A stretch of DNA of 63,628 bases from an uncultured Candidatus Berkelbacteria bacterium (GCA_903839975.1 CAIMEH010000002.1:1-63628); one strand, 5' to 3'; shown: positions 53,189 through 62,656, counted from the first letter of the stretch. The notes: generated from the letters alone by a model not told the origin. A program made the numbers and translations.

Positions 53189-53302
53189 TTATATTTCTCC
53201 TTTCTTACTAATTAAGGTTAATCTACCATATCTATACCTGATGTAAATGCCTGTCAAGGGGTTAATCCCCCAATTTTAGAAAATTTTACAGATAACAGGT
53301 TA

Positions 53303-54286
53303 CTAATAGCTATTAACTTGAAGGGATTGACTGGCCCAAACGAATAATTTGCGCATCTCCACGGCTGAAGCTTGAGCGGTGTAGACGTTAGTATTTAAAA
53401 CAACTCCAATTAATGTCCGATCACCAAGTTTGTATGCGCCAACCAAACAGTGTCCGGCACCGTCAGTAAGGCCGGTTTTAATTCCAATAACGCCTGGCAT
53501 ATAAAGTGGTTCGCTCGGAATAATTAGGCGGTCGGAGTTTGTGATGTTGTGGATATGCTTTCCGTCAGTTGAGCTGACCGATGTACTTGGAGTACCAACT
53601 ATAGCTGCCAATACCGGGTCTTGAAGCACGAGTCTGGCAATATTAGCTAAATCAAATGCTGTTGAGTGACCGTCGGTGTCATCAAGTCCGGCGGGATCGC
53701 CGTAATGAGTGTCGAGTAAGTTGTGTGAGGTGGCATAGGCATTCATTAATTCAACAAACGGATGATAGTCTGGCTTTGTGGCGTCAGGATTTTTCAGCTG
53801 ATCATAGTGATAGGCCAATGAGTAGGCGGCGTCATTTCCGGAAGGAATCAACATTCCTTTAAGAAGATCCCCGACAGTAATTGTTTCGCCTGGAATAAGT
53901 CCGATGGTAGTCTCAGGTATTGAGTTTACTTGCTTGTCGATTGTGACAATATCATCCAGCTTAAAGTTTTCTCGGGCAACCAAAGCTGTCATCATTTTTG
54001 TGGTTGAGGCAATCGGAACTTGTTGGTTTTCGTTGTCGCTAGAAAGAATCTTTGCCGAATCGGCGTCGAGCAAAATATATGCCTTTGAATAAATTAAGGG
54101 ATCTTTGGCGCCGTCTTTAACGGAAACGTAATTAGCCATGTTTGTTAGTGGCTGATTAATATCGGTCGGTGAACTCGCGGAAGCATTAATTGGTTTTGTA
54201 TTAATGCCAGCCGTCGGCAATGAAAGTAGAATTATAATGAGTATCGGGATTAAATACTTTCGGTGGCGTCCTCCCCCTTGAACCAT
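53303..54286 (-). CDS. Serine-type D-Ala-D-Ala carboxypeptidase (S11, PBP5-like)
   Basis: STTK, SGND and KTG motifs. The ATG overlaps the aspS stop (TAATG). Confidence 0.85.
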   Translation of the reverse strand: MVQGGGRHRKYLIPILIIILLSLPTAGINTKPINASASSPTDINQPLTNMANYVSVKDGAKDPLIYSKAYILLDADSAKILSSDNENQQVPIASTTKMMTALVARENFKLDDIVTIDKQVNSIPETTIGLIPGETITVGDLLKGMLIPSGNDAAYSLAYHYDQLKNPDATKPDYHPFVELMNAYATSHNLLDTHYGDPAGLDDTDGHSTAFDLANIARLVLQDPVLAAIVGTPSTSVSSTDGKHIHNITNSDRLIIPSEPLYMPGVIGIKTGLTDGAGHCLVGAYKLGDRTLIGVVLNTNVYTAQASAVEMRKLFVWASQSLQVNSY

Positions 54287-55659
54287 TATTTAATTAATTT
54301 TAGTCCAAGTTCTTTGAGCTGAGATTCATCAACTTCGCTTGGGGCATTCATCATTAAATCTCTACCGTCGCCACTCTTAGCAAAGGCAATAACGTCGCGA
54401 ATACTTTGTTCTTTCAGAAGAATTGTATACATTCGGTCCAAGCCAAGGGCAATTCCGCCGTGTGGTGGTACGCCGTACTCAAAAGCTTCTAGCAGGTGGC
54501 CAAATTTGTCTTGAATCCCCTCTTTGGTATGGCCCATAAATTCGAAGATACGACCTTGAACATCTGGCTTGTGGATTCTGATACTTCCACCACCAATTTC
54601 GCTGCCGTTTAGAACTAAGTCGTACTGTAGAGCAATAGCTTTTTCTGGGTGTTTCTCGAAATTATCTTCCCATTCTGGGGCTGGTGAAGTGAATGGATGG
54701 TGAGTGGCGTCCCAGCGCTTTTCGGACTCTTTCCATTCAAATAGTGGAAAATCTACCACAAAAGCAAAGGCAAGCTCGTCGTCGTTAGAAGTGTCTTTGC
54801 GCATGTCTGGTCGGTCGTTACCGTATTTTTCCATAGCTTCTTTAAATGAAATTCTTGGAACATTTGGCGTGGTTAAGGTTTTTTCTGGAAACAGTTTCTT
54901 AACTAAATCTAAAACTAATTCTTCGGTTAAGGCTAATATTTCTTCCGGGCTGGTAAAGCTCATCTCTACGTCGAGCTGAGTGAACTCTGGCTGACGATCG
55001 CCACGAGCGTCTTCGTCGCGGAAGCAGCGGACAATTTGAAAGTATCTTTCCATACCCGCAACCATAAGTAGTTGTTTGTACTGCTGTGGCGACTGTGGCA
55101 AGGCGTAAAACATACCTGGAGCAATTCTGGCTGGCACTAAGTAGTCACGAGCGCCCTCAGGTGTGGATTTAGAAATATAAGGTGTTTCAATTTCGGCAAA
55201 GTCGTGGCTAGTAAAATGCTCGCGGATTAAGTTATTCATTTTGTGGCGGAGTCTTAAATTCTCGGCCATTTTCTTGGATCGAATATCAAGGTAACGATAT
55301 TTCAAACGAATATCTTCCGATACCGTCCTATCATCGAGTGGCATCGGTAATGTTTTGGCGATAGATTCTATAGTAAGTTTTTCAACCTGTATTTCAACGG
55401 TGCCAGAAATAATATTTATGTTTACCAAGGATTGTGGACGTTCGGCAACTTTGCCCTCAATAGTAATAACCGATTCTGGGGTAACTTTTCTTACTTCTTC
55501 TAGCATATTGCCGGTAAAAACTAATTGGGTTAAGCCTTTTCTGTCTCTTAAATCTATAAATGCGACCTTGGCATGATCACGAACAGTTTGTGCCCAGCCG
55601 CGCATTAAAACAGACTGACCGACTTGGTCTTTTACTTCTGAGCTTAGTATTCTTTGCAT
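54286..55659 (-). CDS. aspS: Aspartyl-tRNA synthetase, short form
   Basis: FRDEDARGDRQPEFTQLDVEMSF bacterial-type motif 2 region and a GGGSIRIH motif, in only 457 aa. Confidence 0.85.
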   Translation of the reverse strand: MQRILSSEVKDQVGQSVLMRGWAQTVRDHAKVAFIDLRDRKGLTQLVFTGNMLEEVRKVTPESVITIEGKVAERPQSLVNINIISGTVEIQVEKLTIESIAKTLPMPLDDRTVSEDIRLKYRYLDIRSKKMAENLRLRHKMNNLIREHFTSHDFAEIETPYISKSTPEGARDYLVPARIAPGMFYALPQSPQQYKQLLMVAGMERYFQIVRCFRDEDARGDRQPEFTQLDVEMSFTSPEEILALTEELVLDLVKKLFPEKTLTTPNVPRISFKEAMEKYGNDRPDMRKDTSNDDELAFAFVVDFPLFEWKESEKRWDATHHPFTSPAPEWEDNFEKHPEKAIALQYDLVLNGSEIGGGSIRIHKPDVQGRIFEFMGHTKEGIQDKFGHLLEAFEYGVPPHGGIALGLDRMYTILLKEQSIRDVIAFAKSGDGRDLMMNAPSEVDESQLKELGLKLIK

Positions 55660-55682
55660 AGTGTAATTTTAGTTGAAATTTA

Positions 55683-56885
55683 TTAATTGGTATACAGCTC
55701 GAGCTTCTTGTCGATAATGTCGATATCTTCTTGTGTAAAGCTATTTTCCATTTTCTGAAAAATAAGTCTGAAAGTAAGAGACTTCTTGCCAGACTGCTCA
55801 TCGTGATACTCGTCAATTAATTCAGCAATTAATAAATTATTAAATTCACCAACAAGTTTATTTGTAATATTCTCCGCGGCATCTGAGCTATTGGTAATAG
55901 TAATATCACGCGATAATGGCGGATATTTACTAATTAATTTCATATTTTTTACTGGGCTAGTTATTACATTTGGCGTAACGGCACTAGTTGGTTCTAGTTG
56001 ATCGACGGAAATTTCGGCAAAAAATATTTTAGATTGCTTGGCGTCGTATTTTTCTGCAAACTTTTGATCCACGGGAATTAATTCCAATTTATGGCCGATA
56101 GCCTTCTCAATCTTCTCGGCCCATTGATCAACGTTTTTGTAGCCGGCCAAAATAATTCCCAAGTAATTATTTTCTTCTGGCAAGAAGACATCGCCAACTT
56201 CAAAAAAAGCAGCTCTTTTTAAATACGGATTTTTTGCCAAAGTTTTAACTAGGCCAAACTCAAGGCTTGGGCGTAAGAATTTTTCGTCGTTGCTGAATGG
56301 ATTACGCAGCTCTTCTTTGCCAGTTTCGGCAAATGATATTGTCATTGTTTCGGTAAGACCAGCAGCAACTAAAGCATATTTAATTTTTATTATTTTATCG
56401 AATTCGCTAGATTCTGGTGAAGGCTCTTCGGAAAGCATTTTTGGTTCAAGGGTTTTATATCCCATTAAACGAATTAATTCTTCGGCGATATCGGCACTTG
56501 TTGCAATATCGGTGCGGAAATCTGGTGCAGTCACAGAATCGTCACTAACAATAAAACCTAGTCTTTCAAGTTGTTTATAATTATCTTCTGAATATTCGGT
56601 ACCTAATAATTTATTTACAAATTTCAATGTAACGTTAATTTTTGTTACCGAATTATATTTGATTAAATTCTCTTTTGTTTTTAAACTATAAATTGCAGCT
56701 AAGTCAAAAGCTAAGTATTTTAAATCTTTACAGTCTTTGCGATTGGCGGTTAGGTTAACATCAACTGTATTATCGTCAATTAAACCTGTTTCGTGGCCGA
56801 TAGCAGATAATTTATCTGCCAATTCTTTGGCTGGCCAATTTAAGTCCGGAATTAATTCGTTAATTTCTTTAATTAATAATTTCAT
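55683..56885 (-). CDS. pheT: Phenylalanyl-tRNA synthetase beta subunit, truncated architecture (400 aa)
   Basis: B1-like N-terminus, TANRKDC (the canonical xTPNRxDC), a B5-like segment and a C-terminal FDX-ACB-like segment. Adjacent to pheS. Confidence 0.75.
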   Translation of the reverse strand: MKLLIKEINELIPDLNWPAKELADKLSAIGHETGLIDDNTVDVNLTANRKDCKDLKYLAFDLAAIYSLKTKENLIKYNSVTKINVTLKFVNKLLGTEYSEDNYKQLERLGFIVSDDSVTAPDFRTDIATSADIAEELIRLMGYKTLEPKMLSEEPSPESSEFDKIIKIKYALVAAGLTETMTISFAETGKEELRNPFSNDEKFLRPSLEFGLVKTLAKNPYLKRAAFFEVGDVFLPEENNYLGIILAGYKNVDQWAEKIEKAIGHKLELIPVDQKFAEKYDAKQSKIFFAEISVDQLEPTSAVTPNVITSPVKNMKLISKYPPLSRDITITNSSDAAENITNKLVGEFNNLLIAELIDEYHDEQSGKKSLTFRLIFQKMENSFTQEDIDIIDKKLELYTN

Positions 56886-56886
56886 C

Positions 56887-57585
56887 TTAAAACTGTCCCA
56901 AGTATCTGTAGTCGCCGTTTAAGTTGTATCGAATATCATCAACACCGCTAGCGACATTTAATATTCTCTCTAAGCCAACGCCAAAAGCGTAGCCTTGGTA
57001 TTTTTCTGGGTCTAGGCCGTAGTATTTCAGAACATCTGGATTAACCATGCCGGCACCTAACATCTCCAACCAATCTTGGCCTGGTTTTTTAATGTCAAAT
57101 TCAATGCTTGGCTCCGTGAATGGGAAATAGCTACTACGTATTCGAAAATCGATATTATCACCCATTAATTCTTTCATCATTCCTTGCAATGAAGCGATTA
57201 AATTACCTAGATTTGTTTTCTCATCAATCACCAAGCCGTCAATTTGGTGGAAGATGTAATTATGGGTGGCATCGACCGACTCGTTGCGGAAAGCACGACC
57301 CGGGAATAATAATCTAACCGGGCGAATTAGTTCACCGTCTTTAACACGGGTTTTCATCTCATCTAGATAAAGTGAAGTCATGTGAGCTCTTAGGGTCATA
57401 CCATTTTTTAAATAGAACGTGTCCATCTCGTTTCGGGCTGGGTGGTCGAGTGGAATATTTAAACTATCGAAATTCTGTTCGGTGGTAACTATTTCTGGCC
57501 CGGTAATGACTTCAAAACCATACGGACGAAAATAGTCGTATATCTTATTTGTTATTACTGAAATTGGGTGAATATGACCTTCCAT
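56887..57585 (-). CDS. pheS: Phenylalanyl-tRNA synthetase alpha subunit, catalytic core only (232 aa)
   Basis: HPISVI... and PLDHPAR class II core motifs. No N-terminal coiled-coil. Confidence 0.85.
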   Translation of the reverse strand: MEGHIHPISVITNKIYDYFRPYGFEVITGPEIVTTEQNFDSLNIPLDHPARNEMDTFYLKNGMTLRAHMTSLYLDEMKTRVKDGELIRPVRLLFPGRAFRNESVDATHNYIFHQIDGLVIDEKTNLGNLIASLQGMMKELMGDNIDFRIRSSYFPFTEPSIEFDIKKPGQDWLEMLGAGMVNPDVLKYYGLDPEKYQGYAFGVGLERILNVASGVDDIRYNLNGDYRYLGQF

Positions 57586-57977
57586 TAGATTTTCAGTTTA
57601 ACCTGGCCACGGCGTCGCCACAACAGTTCTAATATAAATAAGCCAATTACAACTGCGGAACCAATTGCAAAATTTAAAGCCGAATTGGCACTAAGTAGCA
57701 GTAGTAGTGAAACTAGTAGTCCAAGTATGGCGCTATAGCGAAATGACGACATCGTGCTTTGCCAAGCTGGTACAGCACGAAAACGAGCGTAATTAATTGC
57801 ATAAAAAACAAAGAAAAATATTCCGAAGACACTAAAAAATGTTGATGTATAAAACATCCAAATAACTTCACGTGTTGTTGGAGCGGTATTAAATAATGTG
57901 GTAATAACTGTGCCAATCGCAAATAGCGTCACGGCGAATAACGAAAATAATAAAACTTTAGTCTTCATCGACTTCAA
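57585..57977 (-). CDS. Hypothetical 4-TM membrane protein
   Basis: 130 aa, hydrophobic. Confidence 0.45.
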   Translation of the reverse strand: MKSMKTKVLLFSLFAVTLFAIGTVITTLFNTAPTTREVIWMFYTSTFFSVFGIFFFVFYAINYARFRAVPAWQSTMSSFRYSAILGLLVSLLLLLSANSALNFAIGSAVVIGLFILELLWRRRGQVKLKI

Positions 57978-58296
57978 CAGGCTTTTCGCTTTCGACTTCG
58001 GAGAACAAGTTGTCTAGGTGATCCAGATATCTATCGTCAGCGACAAAAGATAATTTTGGCGTATAGCGGGTTTTAACGAAACGCTTAATGTTATTTTGGA
58101 TATCTACCCGCTTCTCTTCGATAAGCTTAAATCCTTCTGGGGTGGTGCGAACCCAAACTCGGCCAGTGCGAAGTGATGGATCGATTAAGACATCGGTTAC
58201 CGTGAAAGATGGGATATTCGGAATAAGCTTATAGATAACAGAACCTATAGCTTTTTTGAATGACTGATTATATTGTTCGAGCTTACTCTTTGCCAT
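57958..58296 (-). CDS. rbfA: Ribosome-binding factor A
   Basis: ...FTVTDVLIDPSLRTGRVWV... resembles the RbfA KH-like core, 112 aa. Confidence 0.7.
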   Translation of the reverse strand: MAKSKLEQYNQSFKKAIGSVIYKLIPNIPSFTVTDVLIDPSLRTGRVWVRTTPEGFKLIEEKRVDIQNNIKRFVKTRYTPKLSFVADDRYLDHLDNLFSEVESEKPVEVDED

Positions 58297-58320
58297 AACT
58301 GTATTTTCTCTCGAAATCGA

Positions 58321-59022
58321 CTAAAAAGCCAGATACGCTCGCCACTTGGCGTAAAGTTCGGCAGTGGCGAATAAGTCACGAGAGTTATATTCGGCAATTT
58401 CCATATACTTGCCTTTTTTGTAGTACTCACCTACTAATGATCCGTCTATCTCGCCATCTTTTGGTGTTTCAATGCCGAAGGCTCTGCAAGCCAGATGTAA
58501 GCCGCCTAGGCCGTTAAAGGAGCCGTAGAACTTGAGTTGGTCGTATAGATCGATATGGTAAGCGTTGTGGGCTTGAAGATTGATATAGCGGTTACGCATT
58601 AGATCTTTTCCTGGGCGAATGCCAAGAATGGCGGAGCGAATCATAATGTATGGCATATCAAAAGTTCGGCCGCTGTAAGTAATAAAATGGGTGTAGCGAT
58701 CGGCTAGCTCCCAGAATTTTTCTAAAATTTCTTTCTCGTCGCCAACATGAAATTTAATACCGTTTTCTTCTTTGTCTTCGACTTTTTTGCCACCTGCTTG
58801 GTAGTAAACGGCACCCTTACTGGTTTCGCAGTCTAAAACACCCAAGGCAACAATCTGCCCCGTGAACGGTGTCATTCCTAGTTCGTTTTCGGCTACTTCT
58901 TCAGGATTCTCTTCTTCGGTACGGTATTTTGATATCCGTTCCGTTAAAACTTTTTTGGTATGCTCGTCAATCTGACTCCAATCTTCTCCGGCTGTTTCTA
59001 TATCTACAACTAATGCACTCAT
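58321..59022 (-). CDS. RNase H-fold 3'-5' exonuclease (PolB-exonuclease-like)
   Basis: VVDIETAG Exo I motif and YNSRD near the C-terminus, 233 aa. Confidence 0.6.
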   Translation of the reverse strand: MSALVVDIETAGEDWSQIDEHTKKVLTERISKYRTEEENPEEVAENELGMTPFTGQIVALGVLDCETSKGAVYYQAGGKKVEDKEENGIKFHVGDEKEILEKFWELADRYTHFITYSGRTFDMPYIMIRSAILGIRPGKDLMRNRYINLQAHNAYHIDLYDQLKFYGSFNGLGGLHLACRAFGIETPKDGEIDGSLVGEYYKKGKYMEIAEYNSRDLFATAELYAKWRAYLAF

Positions 59023-59098
59023 GAAGCTTATTCTAAAACATTTAGAGCAAAGAAAAAAGGCCGCGGATGCGACCTTTTTTCTTTCTTTAGTAAATTTG

Positions 59099-59488
59099 TT
59101 AACGCTTGGCCCACTGTGGGGATTTGCGAGCTTTCTTCAGGCCTGGTTTCTTGCGCTCAACCTTGCGAGCATCGCGGGTCAGATAACCACCTTTGCGAAG
59201 AGTCGAACGGAAGTCTGGGTTTAGTTCCACTAAGGCACGGGCAATACCCATGACAGCTGAATCCAGCTGACCGGTAATACCGCCACCGCGAGCGACAACA
59301 GAGATGTCGAGCTTGCCTTTGCGGTCAACGAGTTCTAGCATAGCGGCAATCTTGCCTGGAAGCTCTTTTTCTTTGAAGTTGACGCTGTACTTGCCAGTTC
59401 CGCTAACAACACGAGTCTGGGCAACGGCAGTCTTGCGACGGCCAACGCCGGCAAAGAAGTTGTTCTTGGTGATTTTATTGATTGCCAT
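59099..59488 (-). CDS. rpsI: 30S ribosomal protein S9
   Basis: GGGITGQ...RDARKVERKKPGLKKARK...KR C-terminus. Confidence 0.95.
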   Translation of the reverse strand: MAINKITKNNFFAGVGRRKTAVAQTRVVSGTGKYSVNFKEKELPGKIAAMLELVDRKGKLDISVVARGGGITGQLDSAVMGIARALVELNPDFRSTLRKGGYLTRDARKVERKKPGLKKARKSPQWAKR

Positions 59489-59892
59489 TATTTAGTTTCC
59501 TCTTTCTTCTCTTCAGACTTAGCTTCTTTTTCGATTTTTGGACCAACTTTAACGCTTAGTCTCTCCATCCAATTAGAACGCAGACGATTGTCTGGCAGCA
59601 TGTTGCGGATAGCTAATTCTAAAATACGCTCTGGATGATCGATCATCATCTGGTCGTAACGAATTTCAGTTAAGCCACCTGGGTAGGTAGAGTGACGGTA
59701 GTACATCTTTTGAGTAGCTTTTTTACCGGTAACGCGAATTTTTTCGCAGTTATTAATGGTAACGAAGTCACCGAGATCTTGATTGTAAGTGAAACCAATT
59801 TTGTTTTTACCGCGCAGTAAAACGGCGGCTTCAGTTGCGAGGCGACCTAAGGTTTTGCCGTTGGCGTCGAGGTAGTGTTGTGCGCGTTCCAT
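59488..59892 (-). CDS. rplM: 50S ribosomal protein L13
   Basis: GRLATEAAVLLRGK... is an L13-type sequence. Confidence 0.95.
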   Translation of the reverse strand: MERAQHYLDANGKTLGRLATEAAVLLRGKNKIGFTYNQDLGDFVTINNCEKIRVTGKKATQKMYYRHSTYPGGLTEIRYDQMMIDHPERILELAIRNMLPDNRLRSNWMERLSVKVGPKIEKEAKSEEKKEETK

Positions 59893-60287
59893 TACTCGAT
59901 CTCCTTTTTAACTTTAGGGGTTGGGGCAGCTTTTTTCTCGGCTTTGAATGGTTTGATAAGTGAAATTAAAACCATCTCAGCTGAGTCGCCGTGACGTGGA
60001 GCAGTACGGAAAGAGCGAACGAAGGTTGTGTCTTTCTCGTCGTAACGAGGCAAGATATCTTCGAAAGTCTTTTTAACAGCGTTCTCATCAAAGAAAGTCT
60101 GGTGAGCTAATTTTTTAGCGTTCAAATCGGCAGACTTAACTTTGTTGAAGAAGTGGTTAATGAAAGGAATCACGTCTTTAGATTTGGCTCTGGTAGTCGT
60201 AATTGCCTCGTAGAGTACCAACGATGTCAGCTGATTTCGCAGAATAGATGATTTGAAGTCAGCTTGTGATCGTAGGACTCGTTTCAT
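59892..60287 (-). CDS. rplQ: 50S ribosomal protein L17
   Basis: RNQLTSLVLYEAITTT is an L17 signature. Lies downstream of rpoA. Confidence 0.9.
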   Translation of the reverse strand: MKRVLRSQADFKSSILRNQLTSLVLYEAITTTRAKSKDVIPFINHFFNKVKSADLNAKKLAHQTFFDENAVKKTFEDILPRYDEKDTTFVRSFRTAPRHGDSAEMVLISLIKPFKAEKKAAPTPKVKKEIE

Positions 60288-60297
60288 TGTTTCTTAA

Positions 60298-61098
60298 TTA
60301 CTTCTCGGCTTTAGTTGATTTTTTAGTAGCTTTTTTAGCTTTTGGCTCTTCGGTTTCTTCAAAAGCTTCGATAGCTTCTTCGGCCATCTCGACTGCCTCT
60401 TCGGCAATTTCGATTCCGGAGATAACGGAGAAGTGTTCAACCAAGATAGCAGCAGACTCTTCCATTGCCTTTTGTGGGGTCATGGAACCGTCGGTTTCGA
60501 TATCAAGGATAAGTTTGTCGAAGTTAGTCATCTTGCCGACACGAGTATTCTCGGTCTGGAAGTTAACTTTAGTAACTGGTGAGTAAGCAGCATCGATAGC
60601 GATAACACCGATTGGGAGTTTCTCTTCTTTGCGCATCTCGGTTGGCATATAGCCACGGCCGTGCTCAACAGTAGCTTCAAGCAAAATCTTGCCACCTTCA
60701 GTTAACTCAGCGATAACGAGGTCTTTATTGATAATTTCAAGGCCAGTTGGGCATTTGAAATCACCGGCTTTAACGGTTTTTGGACCCTTGGCATCAAGAA
60801 TCATAACCATCGACTCGCCGTTGTCGTGTTTCATACGAACCTGTTTAAGGTTAAGAATGATATCAACGACATCTTGGCGAACGCCTTTGATGGTTGAGAA
60901 CTCGTGAGCAACACCATCGATACGAATCGAGGTGATAGCCGAACCTTCGAGCGACGACAAAAGTACGCGACGTAGCGCGTTACCTACCGTCAGGCCGAAA
61001 CCTGGGCTTAGTGGCTCGATAGTAAAACGAGCCGAATTGTCCTTCTCGTTGCCGAGAGAGACCCGCATTAACGATACTTCTGGTAATCTTTGTGACAT
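60298..61098 (-). CDS. rpoA: RNA polymerase alpha subunit, NTD only (266 aa)
   Basis: GNALRRVLLSS is an alpha-NTD motif. After the NTD there is only a 38-aa Glu/Ala/Lys tail. rplQ begins 11 nt after the stop. Confidence 0.9.
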   Translation of the reverse strand: MSQRLPEVSLMRVSLGNEKDNSARFTIEPLSPGFGLTVGNALRRVLLSSLEGSAITSIRIDGVAHEFSTIKGVRQDVVDIILNLKQVRMKHDNGESMVMILDAKGPKTVKAGDFKCPTGLEIINKDLVIAELTEGGKILLEATVEHGRGYMPTEMRKEEKLPIGVIAIDAAYSPVTKVNFQTENTRVGKMTNFDKLILDIETDGSMTPQKAMEESAAILVEHFSVISGIEIAEEAVEMAEEAIEAFEETEEPKAKKATKKSTKAEK

Positions 61099-61160
61099 TA
61101 GTCCTCCGCTTTTATTTAGCTAATATATTATAACTTTTTTCTCGTCTTTTCTCAAGGATA

Positions 61161-61736
61161 TTACCTCGAGTAGAACTCCACGATCTTTTGCGTATCGAAT
61201 TCGATCGGCAGATCGCTACCCTCTGGCAGCGAAGTTACTGTGACTTTGCCGGTCTTTTTCTCTACTTTCAACCAATCAACGTCATGGGCATCTTCATTCC
61301 AATCAATCTCTCTCTTTTTGTAATATTCAATAACATCGCCAGGCTTAACCAATATTGAAGCAACGCTAACTCGGTGGCCGTTTAGCTGGAAGTGACGGTG
61401 GCTAATGAGCTGACGAGCCTGAGCGCGGGTTTTAACTAGGCCGGCGCGGAAAACAGTGTTGTCTAGGCGTCGTTCTAATGTTTGTAGTAAAACTGAACCT
61501 GTAGTGCCGTGGAACTTAGCGGCGGCGTCAAAGTATTTGCGGAACTGTTTCTCGCGCATACCGTATGAGTTACGAGTTTTCTGCTTCTCTTGAAGCTGTT
61601 GACCGTATTCAGTAACTTTCTTCTGACGTTTGTTAGAACGCTGACCGACACCGCCCTGTCGCTGTCCTGGAACGGTACTGCCCTGGCGTTGACCTGGTGC
61701 GCTGTTGGTTCTTTGTGGTGTAGTTGGTGCTGGCAT
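61161..61736 (-). CDS. rpsD: 30S ribosomal protein S4
   Basis: S4 domain (LDNTVFRAGLVKTRAQARQLISHRHF). The start was set to ATG 61736, just after the rpsK stop. The N-terminus is atypical, rich in Gln/Gly/Arg. Confidence 0.85.
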   Translation of the reverse strand: MPAPTTPQRTNSAPGQRQGSTVPGQRQGGVGQRSNKRQKKVTEYGQQLQEKQKTRNSYGMREKQFRKYFDAAAKFHGTTGSVLLQTLERRLDNTVFRAGLVKTRAQARQLISHRHFQLNGHRVSVASILVKPGDVIEYYKKREIDWNEDAHDVDWLKVEKKTGKVTVTSLPEGSDLPIEFDTQKIVEFYSR

Positions 61737-61738
61737 GA

Positions 61739-62140
61739 TTAGACTCTCCTTGCTTTCTTTGGTCGGCAACCGTTATGTGGTAACGGGGTAATATCTTGAA
61801 TGCTGGCAACTTTTAGACCTGAACCACTTAAGGCACGCAAAGCGGCGTCGCGACCGTTACCGGCACCGGCGACGTAAACGTGGGCAATTTCTGGTTTAAA
61901 AGGGGCTAATTTTTCCAGCAAAAGCTTCATGGAAGTGGTAGCGGCATAAGGAGTAGCTTTTTTAGCACCCTTGAAGCCAACTTGGCCTGAAGAGACGAAT
62001 GCTAAGACGTTACCAGTATTAAAGGCGCTGGCGGTGATAATTGTGTTGTTGAACGAAGCGTAGACCGATAGGCGGATCTCCGCGACGGCTGCTACGATTT
62101 TCTTCTTAGTGGTCTTTTTAGATGATGTTTTTGTTGCCAT
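61739..62140 (-). CDS. rpsK: 30S ribosomal protein S11
   Basis: Typical S11 sequence ending ...DITPLPHNGCRPKKARRV. Confidence 0.95.
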   Translation of the reverse strand: MATKTSSKKTTKKKIVAAVAEIRLSVYASFNNTIITASAFNTGNVLAFVSSGQVGFKGAKKATPYAATTSMKLLLEKLAPFKPEIAHVYVAGAGNGRDAALRALSGSGLKVASIQDITPLPHNGCRPKKARRV

Positions 62141-62148
62141 TATTTTTT

Positions 62149-62535
62149 TTATGTTTTAGCGTCTGATTTCTTGCGACCTGAACCAACCGTTACTTTTTTA
62201 CCGCGTTTGGTACGGGCGTTGGTTTTTGTTCTCTGGCCGTGGACTGGCAAGTTACGGGCGTGTCTGGTGCCACGGTAAGCGCCAATCTCTTTTAGACGAC
62301 GAATATTCTGAGCGACAACCTGTTTAAGGTCGCCTTCAACTGTCATCTCTTTTTCAACTATGTTACGTAAATTATCGATCTGTTCCTGGGATAGTTCTTT
62401 GAATTTAGGATTTCCAGTAACTTTGGCTTTTTTAAGAACCTCAAGAGCGTTGGTTGGGCCTACGCCATAAACGTAACCTAATCCGATCTCGACTCTTTTA
62501 TTATCTGGGATGTTTACCCCGGCTATTCTTGGCAT
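62149..62535 (-). CDS. rpsM: 30S ribosomal protein S13
   Basis: MPRIAGVNIP... is an S13 N-terminus. Confidence 0.95.
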   Translation of the reverse strand: MPRIAGVNIPDNKRVEIGLGYVYGVGPTNALEVLKKAKVTGNPKFKELSQEQIDNLRNIVEKEMTVEGDLKQVVAQNIRRLKEIGAYRGTRHARNLPVHGQRTKTNARTKRGKKVTVGSGRKKSDAKT

Positions 62536-62542
62536 ATATTAA

Positions 62543-62656
62543 TTATCCTTGTCTCTGGTTATGGCGTCTATTTTCACAGATAACACGAAGCACACCCTTA
62601 CGGCGTACGATTTTGCACTTTAAACAGCGCTTCTTGACTCCTACGTGTACCTGCAT
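62543..62656 (-). CDS. rpmJ: 50S ribosomal protein L36 (not in the ORF track)
   Basis: Hand translation gives [37 protein letters not shown] (37 aa), a classic L36 C-x2-C...C...H pattern. The ATG overlaps the infA stop (TAATG). Confidence 0.9.
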   Translation of the reverse strand: MQVHVGVKKRCLKCKIVRRKGVLRVICENRRHNQRQG

